The notes: a model not told the origin generated them from the sequence alone. A DNA stretch of 64,000 bases from an uncultured Verrucomicrobiae bacterium (GCA_963837955.1 CAWIPH010000002.1:4608001-4672000), one strand, 5' to 3'; positions 39,081 through 50,601 are shown, counted from the stretch's first letter. A program made the numbers and translations.

Positions 39081-39284
39081 ATGGTGTTCCGATACCTTTC
39101 CAACTTCCGCGTCTGGGTTTCTCTACTATTTTTGGGCTTCAGTTTAGCGGCTTGCGAACGTCATCCGGCTGACCAACTCGAAGAGCAGCCTACTCCGCCC
39201 GCCAAACAAGAGACAAAGAAACCGGAGAACACGGTTGCGAGCCCGACGGCGACACCAAAAACGTATTTTCCACAAAATTCGTGA
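39081..39284 (+). CDS. Small lipoprotein
   Basis: Hydrophobic signal with lipobox LAAC, then a P/T/E/K-rich tail. Confidence 0.65.
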   Translation: MVFRYLSNFRVWVSLLFLGFSLAACERHPADQLEEQPTPPAKQETKKPENTVASPTATPKTYFPQNS

Positions 39285-39329
39285 TTCCCAAGTTTCGCGC
39301 TAGATTGGGGATCAGTAACTCCGCAAGCG

Positions 39330-39746
39330 ATGGAACCACCCGGAAATATTTCGGAATCGAGGACAATCGGTTGGCGAGAAGAAATTCAGCATCGCTACCG
39401 CAGCTTTGCAGCGGCGCTTCGAGGCCTCGGTTGGCTGATCCGCACTGAGCGGCATTTTCAACTGCATATCGTTGCGGCTCTCACTGCGTCGCTGCTCGGT
39501 CTGTTTCTGGGTCTGGCTCCCTTAGAGTGGGCGATCCTGCTGGTCACTATCGGTCTGGTGTTGGTGGCAGAAGCCATTAACACCGCAATTGAATACACGA
39601 TCGATCTGACCGTTCACCAAGTTCATCCGATTGCCCGGACGGCGAAGGACATTGGGGCTGCTGCAGTGTTGGTTGCTGCCGGGATCTCCGTGCTCATCGG
39701 GTGCTTTTTGTTTCTCCCCAAGCTGATCGCATTGTTTCATCGGTAA
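39330..39746 (+). CDS. dgkA: Diacylglycerol/undecaprenol kinase family protein
   Basis: SFAAALRGL, ERHFQLH, AEAINTAIEYTIDL, AKDIGAAAVLV. Confidence 0.85.
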   Translation: MEPPGNISESRTIGWREEIQHRYRSFAAALRGLGWLIRTERHFQLHIVAALTASLLGLFLGLAPLEWAILLVTIGLVLVAEAINTAIEYTIDLTVHQVHPIARTAKDIGAAAVLVAAGISVLIGCFLFLPKLIALFHR

Positions 39747-39771
39747 GCCGATAGTCGTGGACGGCCCCTGA

Positions 39772-40033
39772 CGACGGAGGGGAGCCGCTTCCGACTTCGC
39801 TAAGTTGTGTGCCATGGTTCAACCGGCGAGAGCTTCGTCGGACACGTGCGGCTCCCGGGAATAACCCCTGATAGAACAAACGGCAGCGCAACCTCGGCCT
39901 CGATTCCCCCTGCACGCTGGATTACTCCCGGGCGTCGCAAGCAACGCCCCTCCGACCGATAGGTGCTTGGCACAGTTCAGACAGGACTGATGCCTGTCCG
40001 ATGACGTGTCCGCCATAGCTTTAGCGGAGGCGG
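39772..40033. repeat. Hairpin REP-like family C: forward copy 39772-39870 and inverted short-loop copy ~40005-40033
   Basis: tccgacttcgct...agcttcgtcggacacgt; the inverted variant reads ccgcctccgctaaagctatggcggacacgt. Confidence 0.65.
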
Positions 40034-40098
40034 GAGCCTTCAGCCCTTGCCAACCGTGGAGAATTCTGGAGCAGTTGGGCGCCTGTCCCAACCGAGCC

Positions 40099-42591
40099 TC
40101 AGGGCTGGTAGTCAAACAGGTTCAGCTGCGGCTTCGGTTCTTCTGAAGTTTTGGGCTTGGATCGGGAGGCTTTGGCTTCGGCCAGTCGTGGCTTCCCCTG
40201 AGCATTCAACTCGCTCGCTTCGAGGTTCGCGAGAATCTCTTTGGCACGATCGATTACGGTCGGTGGTAACCCGGCCAGACGCGCCACTTGAATTCCATAA
40301 CTCTTATCCGCTGGACCACGCTGGATCTTGCGCAGAAAAATGATCCGGTCGTTCCATTCGCGGACCGCCACGTTGTAATTTTTCACGCCCGAACAGACCG
40401 TCTCCAGGTCAGTCATCTCATGATAGTGGGTCGCAAACAACGTGCGCGCCCCAATCGTGTCGTGCAGGTGCTCGGCCACGCTCCAGGCTATCGAGAGACC
40501 GTCGAAAGTGGACGTTCCACGACCGATCTCATCCAAGATCACCAAGCTCCTGTCGGTCGCATTGTTTATGATGTTGGCGGTTTCGTTCATTTCTACCATG
40601 AAGGTCGAAAGGCCGCGGGCTAAATCATCAGAGGCGCCTACCCGAGTAAAAATCCGGTCGACCATCCCGATCTCAGCGGATTTGGCCGGCACATAACTTC
40701 CGATCTGCGCCATCAGAACAAGCAAGGCGATTTGGCGAATGTAAGTCGACTTACCAGCCATATTCGGTCCGGTAATCAGCATCATTCGATGCTCCTCGCC
40801 GTCCAGTAGGCAATCATTCGGCACAAATTTTTCCTCGGTCAGATTTTGGTCCAGCACGGGGTGCCTGCCCTCCGAAATCTGGATGCATTTCGTGTCTGTC
40901 AGCTCGGGGCGGCAATAGCCAAAGAGGCGAGCGGTCTCAGTGAAACCGGCTAAAACATCCAGTTGAGCGATGGAGCGCGCTGTCTCCTGAAATTCTGGCA
41001 GATGTTCTAGTGTCCGCTCCCGCAACTTCAAGAATAGCTGATACTCGAGTTGCTTCGATCTCTCATCCGCACCGAGGATTTTCGCCTCGAACTCCTTCAA
41101 TTCTGGCGTAATAAATCGCTCGCCGTTGACGGTGGTTTGTTTGCGAACGTAATCCGCCGGCACCGCAGAGAGATTGGTGTTGGTGACTTCGATGAAGTAT
41201 CCAAACACCGAATTGAAACGAACCTTTAGCGATTTAATACCAGTACGCTCGATTTCGCGCTGCTGAAGCGCAGCGACCCATTCCTTGGCAAGGGTCGATG
41301 CACCGCGCAGCTCATCCAATTCCGAGTCGTAGCCAGCACGAAAAATTCCTCCCTCCTTCAGGAAGGCGGGCGGTTCATCCACTATCGCTTTGGTCAGTAG
41401 TTCCAGAAGAAGAGGCAACGGATGAATTTGCGCTTCCAGATCGGCGCAGAGCCCGCTGTCGGCTAGGGCCGCGCGATTCAAAGCCGAGAGGTGATGGCGA
41501 AGATCCGGTAACACTTCCAACGAACTGCGAATAGCAGCTAGATCACGAGCGTTCCCATTCCCCTGGCTGATGCGGCCCAGCGTGCGTTCGATGTCACGCA
41601 CGCCGCGCATCGTCTCCCGACATGCGTTCAAGAGAAAGGATTGGTCAAGCAAAAGCCCAAGCAAATCCTGGCGCCGACGAATCGTCTGCCCGTTCCTGAG
41701 GGGTTTCAAAATCCATTGGCGAAGAAGACGCGCGCCCATCGCGGTAACGGTTCGATCCAACGCTTGCAGAAGACTGGTGTCGCGCGTTCCGGAGCGTGAC
41801 CCCACCAGTTCGAGGTTTTGCTGAGTCGCCAGATCTAGTGCCACGGCCTCGTCCGGAAGAAAGACTCCCAGCCTTCGGATATGGTCAACGGAACGCCGAA
41901 GCTGATGCTTGAGGTAGTGGATCACCGCGCCGGCAGCTCCGATCGCCGCCGGCATTTGCCCACAACCAAAGCCATCCAGCGACTGCACTTTGAAATGCTC
42001 GCGCAGCAATTCGGCGGCTTGATCAGGCTCGAAGGTATAGCCATCGTAGATCACTGCTCGAGGCAACTCGAGATTTCCAATATCGGAGGTAATGATTTCC
42101 GCCGGAGCAAAGCGAGCTAGCTCATCGTGGACGGCCACTTCGCTGCCCAGTTCGGCCACCCGGAACTCGCCAGTGCTTACATCGATCAATGCCAAACCAA
42201 AACGATTCTTCTCTCGATTGACCGCCGCCAAGAAATTGTTTTGGCGAGCTTCTAGTAACTGGAAATCGCTCACTGTCCCCGGGCTAATGATTTGCGAAAT
42301 CTGGCGGTCTACGATTTTGCCCGGCTGCGGTTCGCTCACCTGATCGCAAATTGCGACTCGGCGGCCTGCCTTGATTAATTTGCCGATGTATCCTTCCGCG
42401 GCATGATAAGGCACTCCGCACATCGGCATCCCGTTGCGCTTGGTAAGCGCTACATTGAGCAGTTCTGCCGCTACTTTCGCGTCCTCAAAAAAAAGCTCAT
42501 AAAAGTCTCCCAAGCGAAATAGCAGGAGCGTATCTGGCGGTAGCGTGCGCCGGATGCCTTGGTACTGCTGCATCATCGGCGTGAGAGACAT
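40099..42591 (-). CDS. mutS: DNA mismatch repair protein MutS
   Basis: TPMMQQY, FRLGDFYELF, TGPNMAGKSTY, DEIGRGTSTFDG, FATHYHE. Start ATG 42591. Confidence 0.97.
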   Translation of the reverse strand: MSLTPMMQQYQGIRRTLPPDTLLLFRLGDFYELFFEDAKVAAELLNVALTKRNGMPMCGVPYHAAEGYIGKLIKAGRRVAICDQVSEPQPGKIVDRQISQIISPGTVSDFQLLEARQNNFLAAVNREKNRFGLALIDVSTGEFRVAELGSEVAVHDELARFAPAEIITSDIGNLELPRAVIYDGYTFEPDQAAELLREHFKVQSLDGFGCGQMPAAIGAAGAVIHYLKHQLRRSVDHIRRLGVFLPDEAVALDLATQQNLELVGSRSGTRDTSLLQALDRTVTAMGARLLRQWILKPLRNGQTIRRRQDLLGLLLDQSFLLNACRETMRGVRDIERTLGRISQGNGNARDLAAIRSSLEVLPDLRHHLSALNRAALADSGLCADLEAQIHPLPLLLELLTKAIVDEPPAFLKEGGIFRAGYDSELDELRGASTLAKEWVAALQQREIERTGIKSLKVRFNSVFGYFIEVTNTNLSAVPADYVRKQTTVNGERFITPELKEFEAKILGADERSKQLEYQLFLKLRERTLEHLPEFQETARSIAQLDVLAGFTETARLFGYCRPELTDTKCIQISEGRHPVLDQNLTEEKFVPNDCLLDGEEHRMMLITGPNMAGKSTYIRQIALLVLMAQIGSYVPAKSAEIGMVDRIFTRVGASDDLARGLSTFMVEMNETANIINNATDRSLVILDEIGRGTSTFDGLSIAWSVAEHLHDTIGARTLFATHYHEMTDLETVCSGVKNYNVAVREWNDRIIFLRKIQRGPADKSYGIQVARLAGLPPTVIDRAKEILANLEASELNAQGKPRLAEAKASRSKPKTSEEPKPQLNLFDYQP

Positions 42592-43022
42592 GGTTCGGAC
42601 CTTACAAAGTGGGCGGAACTTCGGCAAGCGACCGTTCGGGAAGTTTGGCAACCTGAGTGTCGGCAGGGGCGACTGCCTGTCCGACATAGTCCGATGGTCT
42701 CCGGCGGCCGCCTTGGAGTGCGGGACGACGCCGGCCTAAGTAAACTGCATATCGACTGAACAGAAATGGCTATGAATATTATCGATTATTGCGATGCCGG
42801 AGGCGGTCTTAAGCTGGAAATATGTCCATCAGATATCCGGGCGGATTATTTGCTTTTTCCGGCCTCAGCCTCTTTTTGTGCTTGCTCGTCGCAAAAATTT
42901 TCGTTTCCTCAGCAGCCTCTTCACTGCGAGAATGGAGTTGCCTCATTTCCTCCCGGACAGCGGTCGATATGGCCACATGGAGCGGCCTCACCGCAACGTC
43001 AATATTGGTTTTGTGCCTAACT

Positions 43023-45236
43023 ATGCCGACGCGACTTGGTCATAAATCCCGCGAGTTTTTTCTTCGGGCTCTCGGCGGAATTCTGGCCAGCTCTATTTAC
43101 CGGGTGAAAACATTCGGTCGCGAGAACCTGCCGAAAGGCGGGTTTCTTTTGCTGCCGAACCACATGACTTATGTTGACGCCGTTGTTCTGCAGCTGGCTT
43201 GTCCACGCCCGATTCGATTTGTTGTCCACGAGTCGATTTACCGGATTGGATGGCTCAACCCAATTTTGCGGCTGGTCGAAGCCATTCCGATCTCGAATGT
43301 TCACGCTAAGGACGCGGTCCGCAAAGCTGTGGAGCGGATTCGCGACGGGGAGATTGTTTGCGTGTTTCCGGAAGGAGAATTGAGCCGGACTGGAGTGTTG
43401 ATTAAATTGCGCAAGGGATTCGAGTTGATCGCGCGGCTGGCGGACGCCCCCACTGTCCCAGTCTGGCTGGATGGTCTGTGGGGCTCCATTTTTTCGTTCG
43501 AGCGCGGCCGATACTTTTTTAAGTGGCCGAAGAGAGTACCTCAGCTGGTAACCGTTGCCTTTGGCGAACCGATTGAGCCCGATTCTTTGCGTCTCTCATT
43601 GGCGCGCGAAAAGCTTTTAGAATTGGGCGAATTTTGTTTCGAGCAACGGCCAGAACTGCGACGCCATTTGGGCCGAGCAACTGTAAGCGGTCTGAAGAAA
43701 CACCAATTCCACGAAGCAATCATCGATGGGATGGATGGCCGGCGGATAAAACGAGGCGACCTGCTTGCGGCCAGCATCACGCTGAGCCGATGGATCCGAA
43801 AAAACATCCCAGACGAGCGAGTGGCGGTTGTGCTGCCGCCCGGGGTTGGTGCAGTGGTGGCGAACGTGGCCGTAACTCTCGCCAATAAGGTCCCGGTGAA
43901 TCTGAATTTCACAGCCGGCCGAGTTTCGTTGGAGTCTGCGATCCAGCGTGGACAGATTCTTCACGCCCTTTCCGCCAAGGCGGTAATGAAGCGGTTAGCC
44001 GATTTTCCGTGGCCACAAAATGTTTATCGGTTGGAGGAGTTGATGCCGGAACTGAAGCCGCGAATCATATTTTGGCGCATTATCAGTTTGCTGACCCCGG
44101 CTCCGGTGCTTAGCACCGTTCTGGGGTTGCCTCGTGAAGGTGGCACCAAAGAAGCAGTGCTACTATTCACCAGCGGATCCTCGGGAGAGCCCAAAGGCGT
44201 CGTTCTGAGCCACCGCAGCATTCTCGGCAATATTACGCAGTTTAGCTCTCTGCTGAATATGACAAGCGCCGATTCGATCATGGCCTCGCTGCCATTCTTC
44301 CATTGCTTCGGTTGCACCGTTACCCTTTGGTTTCCAATCACCGAGGGAGTACGGGTGATCTCCTATCCCACACCGGTGGATGTCGTAAAGAACGCGGAAT
44401 TGATTGAACGCCATCGCGTCACGCTGTTGCTGACGACTCCGACTTTTCTCCGCGGTTACTTAAAGCGGGCGGAACCAGCGCAGTTCGCCAGCGTTAAACT
44501 CTTAATTGCCGGCGCCGAAAAACTGCCACAGGAACTTTCTATCGCATTCGAAGAGAAGTTCGGTGTTCACGTTCACGAAGGTTATGGTCTTACCGAAACC
44601 GCGCCGGTGGTCAGCACCAATTTTCCCGATCCGCCGAAGAACCAACCAGACGATGCAATTCAGCCGGCTAATCGTGCCGGCTCGGTTGGAAAATTATTAC
44701 CCGGCCAGGCCGCCCATATCCGCCATCCAGAAACGGATGAGCTGCTCTCGAGCGAAGAATTGGGGATGCTCTGGTTAAAGGGACCGAATATTTTCCGGGA
44801 GTATCTCAACGAACCAGTAAGAACTGCCGAAGTACTGAAGGATGGCTGGTTCAAGACCGGCGATCTCGCCCGGTTCGACGAGGATGGGTTCTTATACATT
44901 GAGGGCCGTCTCTCTCGATTCTCGAAGGTCGCTGGGGAAATGGTGCCGCATGAAACGGTCGAGGCGACGATCATTGAAGTATTCAACTTGCGAATGGAGG
45001 ACGAGCGGCTGGTCGCAGTCATCGGTGTTCCGGATGAATCCAAAGGAGAAGCATTGGTGTTGCTGACCGTACGGGATCTTAAGCCTGCGGAGATCAGGGA
45101 GAAATTATTGGCGGCAGGTATTCCAAGCCTTTGGATCCCGAAGATCGTGAAGCGCGTGGAAAAGATCCCGATCCTTGGTTCAGGTAAGCTTGATCTGGGT
45201 CAATGCAAGGAACTCGCGCTGGCCACTAGTCGTTGA
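43023..45236 (+). CDS. aas: Aas-like bifunctional acyltransferase / acyl-ACP synthetase
   Basis: PlsC motifs NHMTYVD and FPEGE; AMP-binding LFTSGSSGEPKG, EGYGLTE, TGD, GSGKLD. Start uncertain. Confidence 0.82.
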   Translation: MPTRLGHKSREFFLRALGGILASSIYRVKTFGRENLPKGGFLLLPNHMTYVDAVVLQLACPRPIRFVVHESIYRIGWLNPILRLVEAIPISNVHAKDAVRKAVERIRDGEIVCVFPEGELSRTGVLIKLRKGFELIARLADAPTVPVWLDGLWGSIFSFERGRYFFKWPKRVPQLVTVAFGEPIEPDSLRLSLAREKLLELGEFCFEQRPELRRHLGRATVSGLKKHQFHEAIIDGMDGRRIKRGDLLAASITLSRWIRKNIPDERVAVVLPPGVGAVVANVAVTLANKVPVNLNFTAGRVSLESAIQRGQILHALSAKAVMKRLADFPWPQNVYRLEELMPELKPRIIFWRIISLLTPAPVLSTVLGLPREGGTKEAVLLFTSGSSGEPKGVVLSHRSILGNITQFSSLLNMTSADSIMASLPFFHCFGCTVTLWFPITEGVRVISYPTPVDVVKNAELIERHRVTLLLTTPTFLRGYLKRAEPAQFASVKLLIAGAEKLPQELSIAFEEKFGVHVHEGYGLTETAPVVSTNFPDPPKNQPDDAIQPANRAGSVGKLLPGQAAHIRHPETDELLSSEELGMLWLKGPNIFREYLNEPVRTAEVLKDGWFKTGDLARFDEDGFLYIEGRLSRFSKVAGEMVPHETVEATIIEVFNLRMEDERLVAVIGVPDESKGEALVLLTVRDLKPAEIREKLLAAGIPSLWIPKIVKRVEKIPILGSGKLDLGQCKELALATSR

Positions 45237-45289
45237 TCGGCGGATCCCTGTATCGTTTGCGACCAGCTGGCGTAAGGCATAATCCGACG

Positions 45290-45390
45290 CGCCGGAGGGT
45301 GCGCTGCTTCCGACTTCGCCAGTGGGTGGCGATTATTTTGCGATCGGAAGAGGCTTCGTCGGGACACGTGCAGCGCCCGGAAGTAACCCG
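45290..45390. repeat. Hairpin REP-like family C copy
   Basis: cggaggg...ttccgacttcgcc...ggcttcgtcgggacacgtgc. Confidence 0.65.
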
Positions 45391-45536
45391 GGGCAAATCG
45401 AGGAATCGAGTCACGCGATCAGGTGTGTTGTCTTATCATGGGCTGTTCCCGGGAGGCGCACGTGCCTCCCCTCCGACACCCGGGACCGCCTGGCAGCCGG
45501 AGGAGCGCTACGCGACTTCTCGCTCCCGGCTCCTGA

Positions 45537-46283
45537 TTACCTGCCAGAATTTCGTTCCACAGAATAAACTGAGACATCAACACGAGGAGCGAAACAAACA
45601 TGGTCCGGCGCACCGCTTGGCGCTGCAAACCCATCCAGTTCAAAAAGCCGCGCATCGTAGTGACTTACTTCGGCTCGGCTCACTTGATACGGTGGATGAT
45701 AAACCCTCCCGGTGAGTAGCTCTCCCCGGCGGAAGGCAAATAGACGATAGCGTTCGATCAAGAAAAATTCGAGCGTTCCGAGACCAGCCTCACCGAATGA
45801 GCCGGAGGGTCGATAGCGATACTCCAGTGCCGGAGGACAGGCAACCCTTTCCGAAGCGTAATCTATCCAACCGCCTATCCTGGTTGCCCGCATTACGGCA
45901 TGCCGATATGGCAACGCGAAGAAGACTCGGGCAATCCACACAGCCAAAGGCTGATTAGCATCCAAAGAAAAGAACCAAATGCCTGGCCTCCCTGATTCGT
46001 CCCTTACGTAAGTGCGGAGGTTTAGCTCCAAAAAACTGGATACCAATGGCAACGGAGGAAATCCGCGAGGGCGGATACCATCCATGAAAAACGGTACGAT
46101 GCCGATCCAGGCGCTTCCGTCGAAGCAGTCGACGGTAAGTCCCCTGGGTATGTGTTTCTGAATATCGTCAGCAGCCCAGCGCCAATGAAGAAAGAGCAAT
46201 TTGGTCCAGCGCTGGAACATCGCTGGACTTCGTCGAGTCGGAAGTTGGCGTTCGAACAGTTGCCGCGATACCCACTCGCTCAT
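45537..46283 (-). CDS. YqjF/DUF2071 family protein
   Basis: MFQRWTKLLFLHW, ELNLRTYV, GIWFFSLDA, FLIERY. Confidence 0.88.
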   Translation of the reverse strand: MSEWVSRQLFERQLPTRRSPAMFQRWTKLLFLHWRWAADDIQKHIPRGLTVDCFDGSAWIGIVPFFMDGIRPRGFPPLPLVSSFLELNLRTYVRDESGRPGIWFFSLDANQPLAVWIARVFFALPYRHAVMRATRIGGWIDYASERVACPPALEYRYRPSGSFGEAGLGTLEFFLIERYRLFAFRRGELLTGRVYHPPYQVSRAEVSHYDARLFELDGFAAPSGAPDHVCFAPRVDVSVYSVERNSGR

Positions 46284-46867
46284 CGGGGGACCACTATGCC
46301 GGTGGCAATCGCTGGCAGCGGCGTACTGTCCGGCAATGGTCCCGGCACGATCTCTACTTTCGCCCCAACCCCAATGGTTGCGAAAAGCCGAATAATGTCC
46401 GCCGATCGCATTCGGATGCAGCCGAAGCTAGCCGGCCTGCCAATGTTGCGTTCTTCCGGAGTCCCGTGAATGTAAATATATCGCGCAAACGCGTCTCTGT
46501 TTTGGGGTTCCAAGCCTTTCAACCACAGGATCCGAGTAACGATTGGGTCCCGTCCGGGTGCGTCCGGATGCAACACTTCTCCGGTCTGTTTGCGACTTTT
46601 GAAAACGGCTCCAGCCGGGGCCCCATCTCCGATCTTTTTTGCGATTTCCAGACGGCCCAATGGCGTCCGGTAAGTTCCGTCAGAGTCGCCGATTCCGAAT
46701 TTTGATGTCGATACCAGGTAGTGGCCGATCACTTGGTTTTTGGCGTAAACATCCATCGCCTGGTCCGCGATACTGACGACCACGCTATGGACGCTATCGC
46801 GTTGAACGCAGGAAGCCAAAAGAATACACACCAAAATCGTGAATCGGTAGAGAGCCGATAACTGCAT
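46280..46867 (-). CDS. L,D-transpeptidase (YkuD family), probable lipoprotein
   Basis: LASC lipobox, VSTSKFG, TPLG, IYIHGT...ASFGCIRM. Confidence 0.9.
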   Translation of the reverse strand: MQLSALYRFTILVCILLASCVQRDSVHSVVVSIADQAMDVYAKNQVIGHYLVSTSKFGIGDSDGTYRTPLGRLEIAKKIGDGAPAGAVFKSRKQTGEVLHPDAPGRDPIVTRILWLKGLEPQNRDAFARYIYIHGTPEERNIGRPASFGCIRMRSADIIRLFATIGVGAKVEIVPGPLPDSTPLPAIATGIVVPR

Positions 46868-46922
46868 AGTCTATCCGAAGAAAAGCACAATTTTGCCTGC
46901 GAAGACAGGCGAAAACCCTTCG

Positions 46923-47154
46923 CGTCGGAGGGGATGTGGTTCCGACTTCGCTAAGTTATGCGCCATGGTCCAACCGGTGAGAGCTTCGTCGGACACGTGC
47001 CTCTCTCCGGAAAAGCCATGATCCAACGGAGCTAGCAAATCCACGGCCTCGAGCCCTCGGTCAACCGGGTTTCGCACGTGTCCCGACGAAGCCTTTCCCG
47101 ATCACAAAATAATCGCCACAAACTGGCGAAGTCGCAAGTAACGACCCTCCGGCG
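46923..47154. repeat. Inverted pair of family C repeats (REPIN-like): 46923-47020 forward, 47066-47154 reverse
   Basis: The forward copy matches the 39772 copy; the reverse copy matches the 45290 copy. Confidence 0.7.
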
Positions 47155-47164
47155 TGATCGGCAA

Positions 47165-47192
47165 TTGACACTATTAGATTTTCTAATAACGT
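47165..47192 (+). promoter_or_regulatory. Putative sigma70 promoter of sdhCAB with an overlapping palindrome
   Basis: TTGACA at 47165 followed by TATTAGA-ttt-TCTAATA and a weak -10 (TAACGT). Confidence 0.45.
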
Positions 47193-47199
47193 GCAGATT

Positions 47200-47922
47200 A
47201 TGGCTTCCGCGACGGTTTTCCCCACTCGTTCCCGGAGCTTTTCTCGCAACCCCATCCGAGTGTTTTATCAATCCTCGATTGGTAAGAAAATTACGGTCGC
47301 GCTGACCGGTGTGATCCTCATTCTGTTTGTCATTGGGCATCTTCTCGGGAACCTCGAGATCTACTTGGGGCAGGATCATACAAACGGGTACGCCGAGTTT
47401 TTGCACACGACCGGACCGCTCCTTTGGATCGTGCGTATCGTACTAATTGCGGCGGTGGTAGCTCATATCGTGGCCACGATTCAATTGAGCGTGGAGAACC
47501 GCCGGGCGAAACCGCGGAAATATGCTCGGAAAGTTTCGCAGGCATCTACGATAGCTTCTCGGACGATGATTTACAGCGGGTTGCTAGTTCTCTGTTTCGT
47601 CATCTATCACCTGCTTCACTTCACGTTTGAAACGACAAATCCGGAGTTCCGCACGCTCACGGACGCGCAAGGCCGTCACGATGTGTACCACATGGTGATC
47701 CTGGGGTTTCGGCAGCCAATCATTTCATCGTTCTACGTTGTCAGTGTGTTTTTACTTGCCGGCCATCTGAGTCACGGCTTTGCCAGCGTCACTCAGACGC
47801 TCGGCATCAATAATCGAAAACTTTCGGGGCTAATCTCGAACGGAGGGCGAGTGCTTGCCTGGCTTATCTTCGCGGGCTACGCCTCTATTCCGATCACCGT
47901 TCTGTTAGGCGTCCTGAAGTAA
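47200..47922 (+). CDS. sdhC: Succinate dehydrogenase cytochrome b subunit
   Basis: [19 protein letters not shown], His heme ligands, HLSHGF; precedes sdhA. Confidence 0.92.
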   Translation: MASATVFPTRSRSFSRNPIRVFYQSSIGKKITVALTGVILILFVIGHLLGNLEIYLGQDHTNGYAEFLHTTGPLLWIVRIVLIAAVVAHIVATIQLSVENRRAKPRKYARKVSQASTIASRTMIYSGLLVLCFVIYHLLHFTFETTNPEFRTLTDAQGRHDVYHMVILGFRQPIISSFYVVSVFLLAGHLSHGFASVTQTLGINNRKLSGLISNGGRVLAWLIFAGYASIPITVLLGVLK

Positions 47923-47926
47923 GGTT

Positions 47927-49846
47927 ATGGATACGATGCTCAATTCCAAGGTCCCCTCGGGCCCGCTCGAATCAAAATGGCGGAAACATCGGGATGAGTC
48001 CAAACTGGTCAGTCCAAACAACAAGCGGAAGTTTGATATCCTGGTAGTTGGGAGCGGACTAGCTGGTGCGTCAGCAGCGGCGTCTCTGGCTGAGCTTGGG
48101 TATAACGTAAAATGCTTCTGCTTCCAAGATAGCCCGCGGCGGGCCCATAGTATCGCTGCGCAAGGTGGGATCAACGCTGCCAAAAACTACCAGAACGATG
48201 GCGATAGCGTTTTCCGGCTGTTCTATGACACGATTAAAGGAGGCGATTTTCGTGCCCGCGAGGCAAACGTATATCGCCTGGCCGAATTGAGTCTCGGAAT
48301 CATCGATCAATGCGTAGCGCAGGGTGTTCCGTTCGCGCGGGAGTATGGCGGCCTTCTGGCAAATCGGTCTTTCGGTGGCGCCCAGGTTTCGCGCACGTTT
48401 TACGCGCGAGGGCAGACTGGCCAACAACTGCTCCTCGGAGCGTACCAGGCGTTGGCTCATCAGATCGCGCTGGGTGGAGTGCAGATGTTTCCGCGCACGG
48501 AGCTGTTGGACATCGTCGTGGTGCATGGACATGCCAAAGGGGTCATTGTTCGTGATCTCATTTCAGGCGAGATCACGGCACACGCCGGCGACACGGTGGT
48601 TCTGGCGACCGGGGGCTACGGAAACGTCTTCTATCTTTCTACCAATGCGCGCGGCTGCAATGTTTCGGCGACTTTTCGGGCCTACAAGCGAGGCGCTTTT
48701 TTCGCCAACCCTTGCTACACTCAGATTCATCCAACCTGTATTCCGGTCAGCGGTCCTTACCAATCCAAATTAACCCTCATGTCGGAGTCGCTCCGTAACG
48801 ACGGCCGTGTTTGGGTGCCGAAGAAAAAAGGAGACCAGCGACCGCCCGATCAGATTCCGGAAAGCGACAGAGATTACTACCTGGAACGAAAGTATCCGAG
48901 CTACGGCAACCTGGCCCCGCGGGATATAGCGTCTCGCAGCGCGAAGGAAGTCTGCGATGAGGGGCGTGGTGTCGGTCCGGGAGGCCTAGGTGTGTATCTC
49001 GATTTTTCTGGTGCGCTCAAGAGATTGGGCGAGGAGACGATTCGCGAGCGGTACGGCAATCTGTTCGACATGTACCACAACATCACCGGAGAGGATGCCT
49101 ACAAGCTACCGATGCGGATTTATCCCGCCGTCCACTACACGATGGGTGGTCTTTGGGTCGACTACAATCTGATGAGCACCCTGCCGGGGTTGCATGTTTT
49201 AGGTGAAGCCAATTTTTCGGATCACGGTGCAAATCGCTTAGGAGCCAGCGCGTTAATGCAGGGTCTGGCCGACGGCTATTTCGTCATTCCATACACAATC
49301 GGAAATTACCTGGCGACGCAGATGAACAAGAAGGTTTCCGTAGATCGCCCCGAATTTGCCGCGGCTAAGGAGGAAGTCCATCAGCGGATTAGACGACTCC
49401 TGTCAATCAAAGGAAAAAGGACGGTCACTTCTTTCCACCGGGAACTGGGCTCGCTGGTTTGGGAAAAGTGCGGGATGGCGCGCAGCGCGACGAGCCTGAA
49501 AGAGGCTCTGCAGAAGATTCCCGTTCTGCGCGAAGAATTCTGGCAGAATGTCAACGTGCTCGGCGACGGGAGCGAATTAAACCAGGCGCTGGAACAAGCC
49601 GGGCGAGTTGCCGACTTCCTGGAGTTTGCTGAGCTGATGTGTGAAGATGCGCTCGAGCGCAACGAGTCATGTGGGGGGCATTTCCGAACGGAATACCAGA
49701 CCGAGGATGGCGAAGCGCTGAGAAACGACGACGAATTTTGCCACGTAGCCGCCTGGCAATACAATGGTCCGAACGCCAAGCCAACTCGGAACGTTGAGCC
49801 ACTCGAGTTCGAAAACGTCAGACTTGCCCAGCGGAGCTACAAATGA
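47927..49846 (+). CDS. sdhA: Succinate dehydrogenase/fumarate reductase flavoprotein subunit
   Basis: [39 protein letters not shown]. Confidence 0.96.
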   Translation: MDTMLNSKVPSGPLESKWRKHRDESKLVSPNNKRKFDILVVGSGLAGASAAASLAELGYNVKCFCFQDSPRRAHSIAAQGGINAAKNYQNDGDSVFRLFYDTIKGGDFRAREANVYRLAELSLGIIDQCVAQGVPFAREYGGLLANRSFGGAQVSRTFYARGQTGQQLLLGAYQALAHQIALGGVQMFPRTELLDIVVVHGHAKGVIVRDLISGEITAHAGDTVVLATGGYGNVFYLSTNARGCNVSATFRAYKRGAFFANPCYTQIHPTCIPVSGPYQSKLTLMSESLRNDGRVWVPKKKGDQRPPDQIPESDRDYYLERKYPSYGNLAPRDIASRSAKEVCDEGRGVGPGGLGVYLDFSGALKRLGEETIRERYGNLFDMYHNITGEDAYKLPMRIYPAVHYTMGGLWVDYNLMSTLPGLHVLGEANFSDHGANRLGASALMQGLADGYFVIPYTIGNYLATQMNKKVSVDRPEFAAAKEEVHQRIRRLLSIKGKRTVTSFHRELGSLVWEKCGMARSATSLKEALQKIPVLREEFWQNVNVLGDGSELNQALEQAGRVADFLEFAELMCEDALERNESCGGHFRTEYQTEDGEALRNDDEFCHVAAWQYNGPNAKPTRNVEPLEFENVRLAQRSYK

Positions 49847-50601
49847 ATTTTAAATTGAAAGTCTGGCGGCAAGCTCGACCGGATGCGGCCGGTAAATTCG
49901 TTGATTACGACGCGAGAGAGATTCCCGCAGAAGCATCCTTTCTGGAAATGCTGGATATTGTGAATGAAGGCCTGAACGATCGGAATGAGGATCCAATCGC
50001 TTTTGACTCTGACTGCCGTGAAGGCATCTGTGGAATGTGCTCGCTAGTCATTAACGGCATACCGCACGGTCAAGGGAAAGCGAAGACTACCTGCCAGCTT
50101 TACATGCGCAGGTTCCGTGACGGGGCCAAGATTTGGATCGAGCCTTTTCGAGCTGCTACTTTTCCGGTTATCAAGGATCTTGCGGTCGACCGGGGAGCGC
50201 TCGATCGGATTATTGAGGCTGGTGGCTACATCACGGCGCGCACCGGTTCCGCGCCCGAGGCGAACTCCATTCCTATTGGTAAGCCGGTAGCCGATTTGGC
50301 AATGGAGGCGGCGGCCTGCATCGGCTGCGGAGCTTGCGTTGCGGCCTGCCCAAATTCCTCTGCAATGCTTTTTGTTGCCGCCAAGGTTTCTCATCTTGGC
50401 TTGCTCCCCCAAGGCCAACCTGAGCATAGCAATCGCGTAATCAAAATGGTTCGGACGATGGATAGCCTTGGATTCGGCAATTGTACGAACCATTACGAAT
50501 GCGAAGCGGTTTGCCCGGCCGAGATCAGCGCCGGCTTCATTTCCAGGCTGAACCGGGATTATGGAGCGGCAACGGTTAAAGAAGCGCTCGCGGTTGGGTA
50601 A
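49843..50601 (+). CDS. sdhB: Succinate dehydrogenase iron-sulfur subunit
   Basis: [33 protein letters not shown]. Confidence 0.96.
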   Translation: MNFKLKVWRQARPDAAGKFVDYDAREIPAEASFLEMLDIVNEGLNDRNEDPIAFDSDCREGICGMCSLVINGIPHGQGKAKTTCQLYMRRFRDGAKIWIEPFRAATFPVIKDLAVDRGALDRIIEAGGYITARTGSAPEANSIPIGKPVADLAMEAAACIGCGACVAACPNSSAMLFVAAKVSHLGLLPQGQPEHSNRVIKMVRTMDSLGFGNCTNHYECEAVCPAEISAGFISRLNRDYGAATVKEALAVG

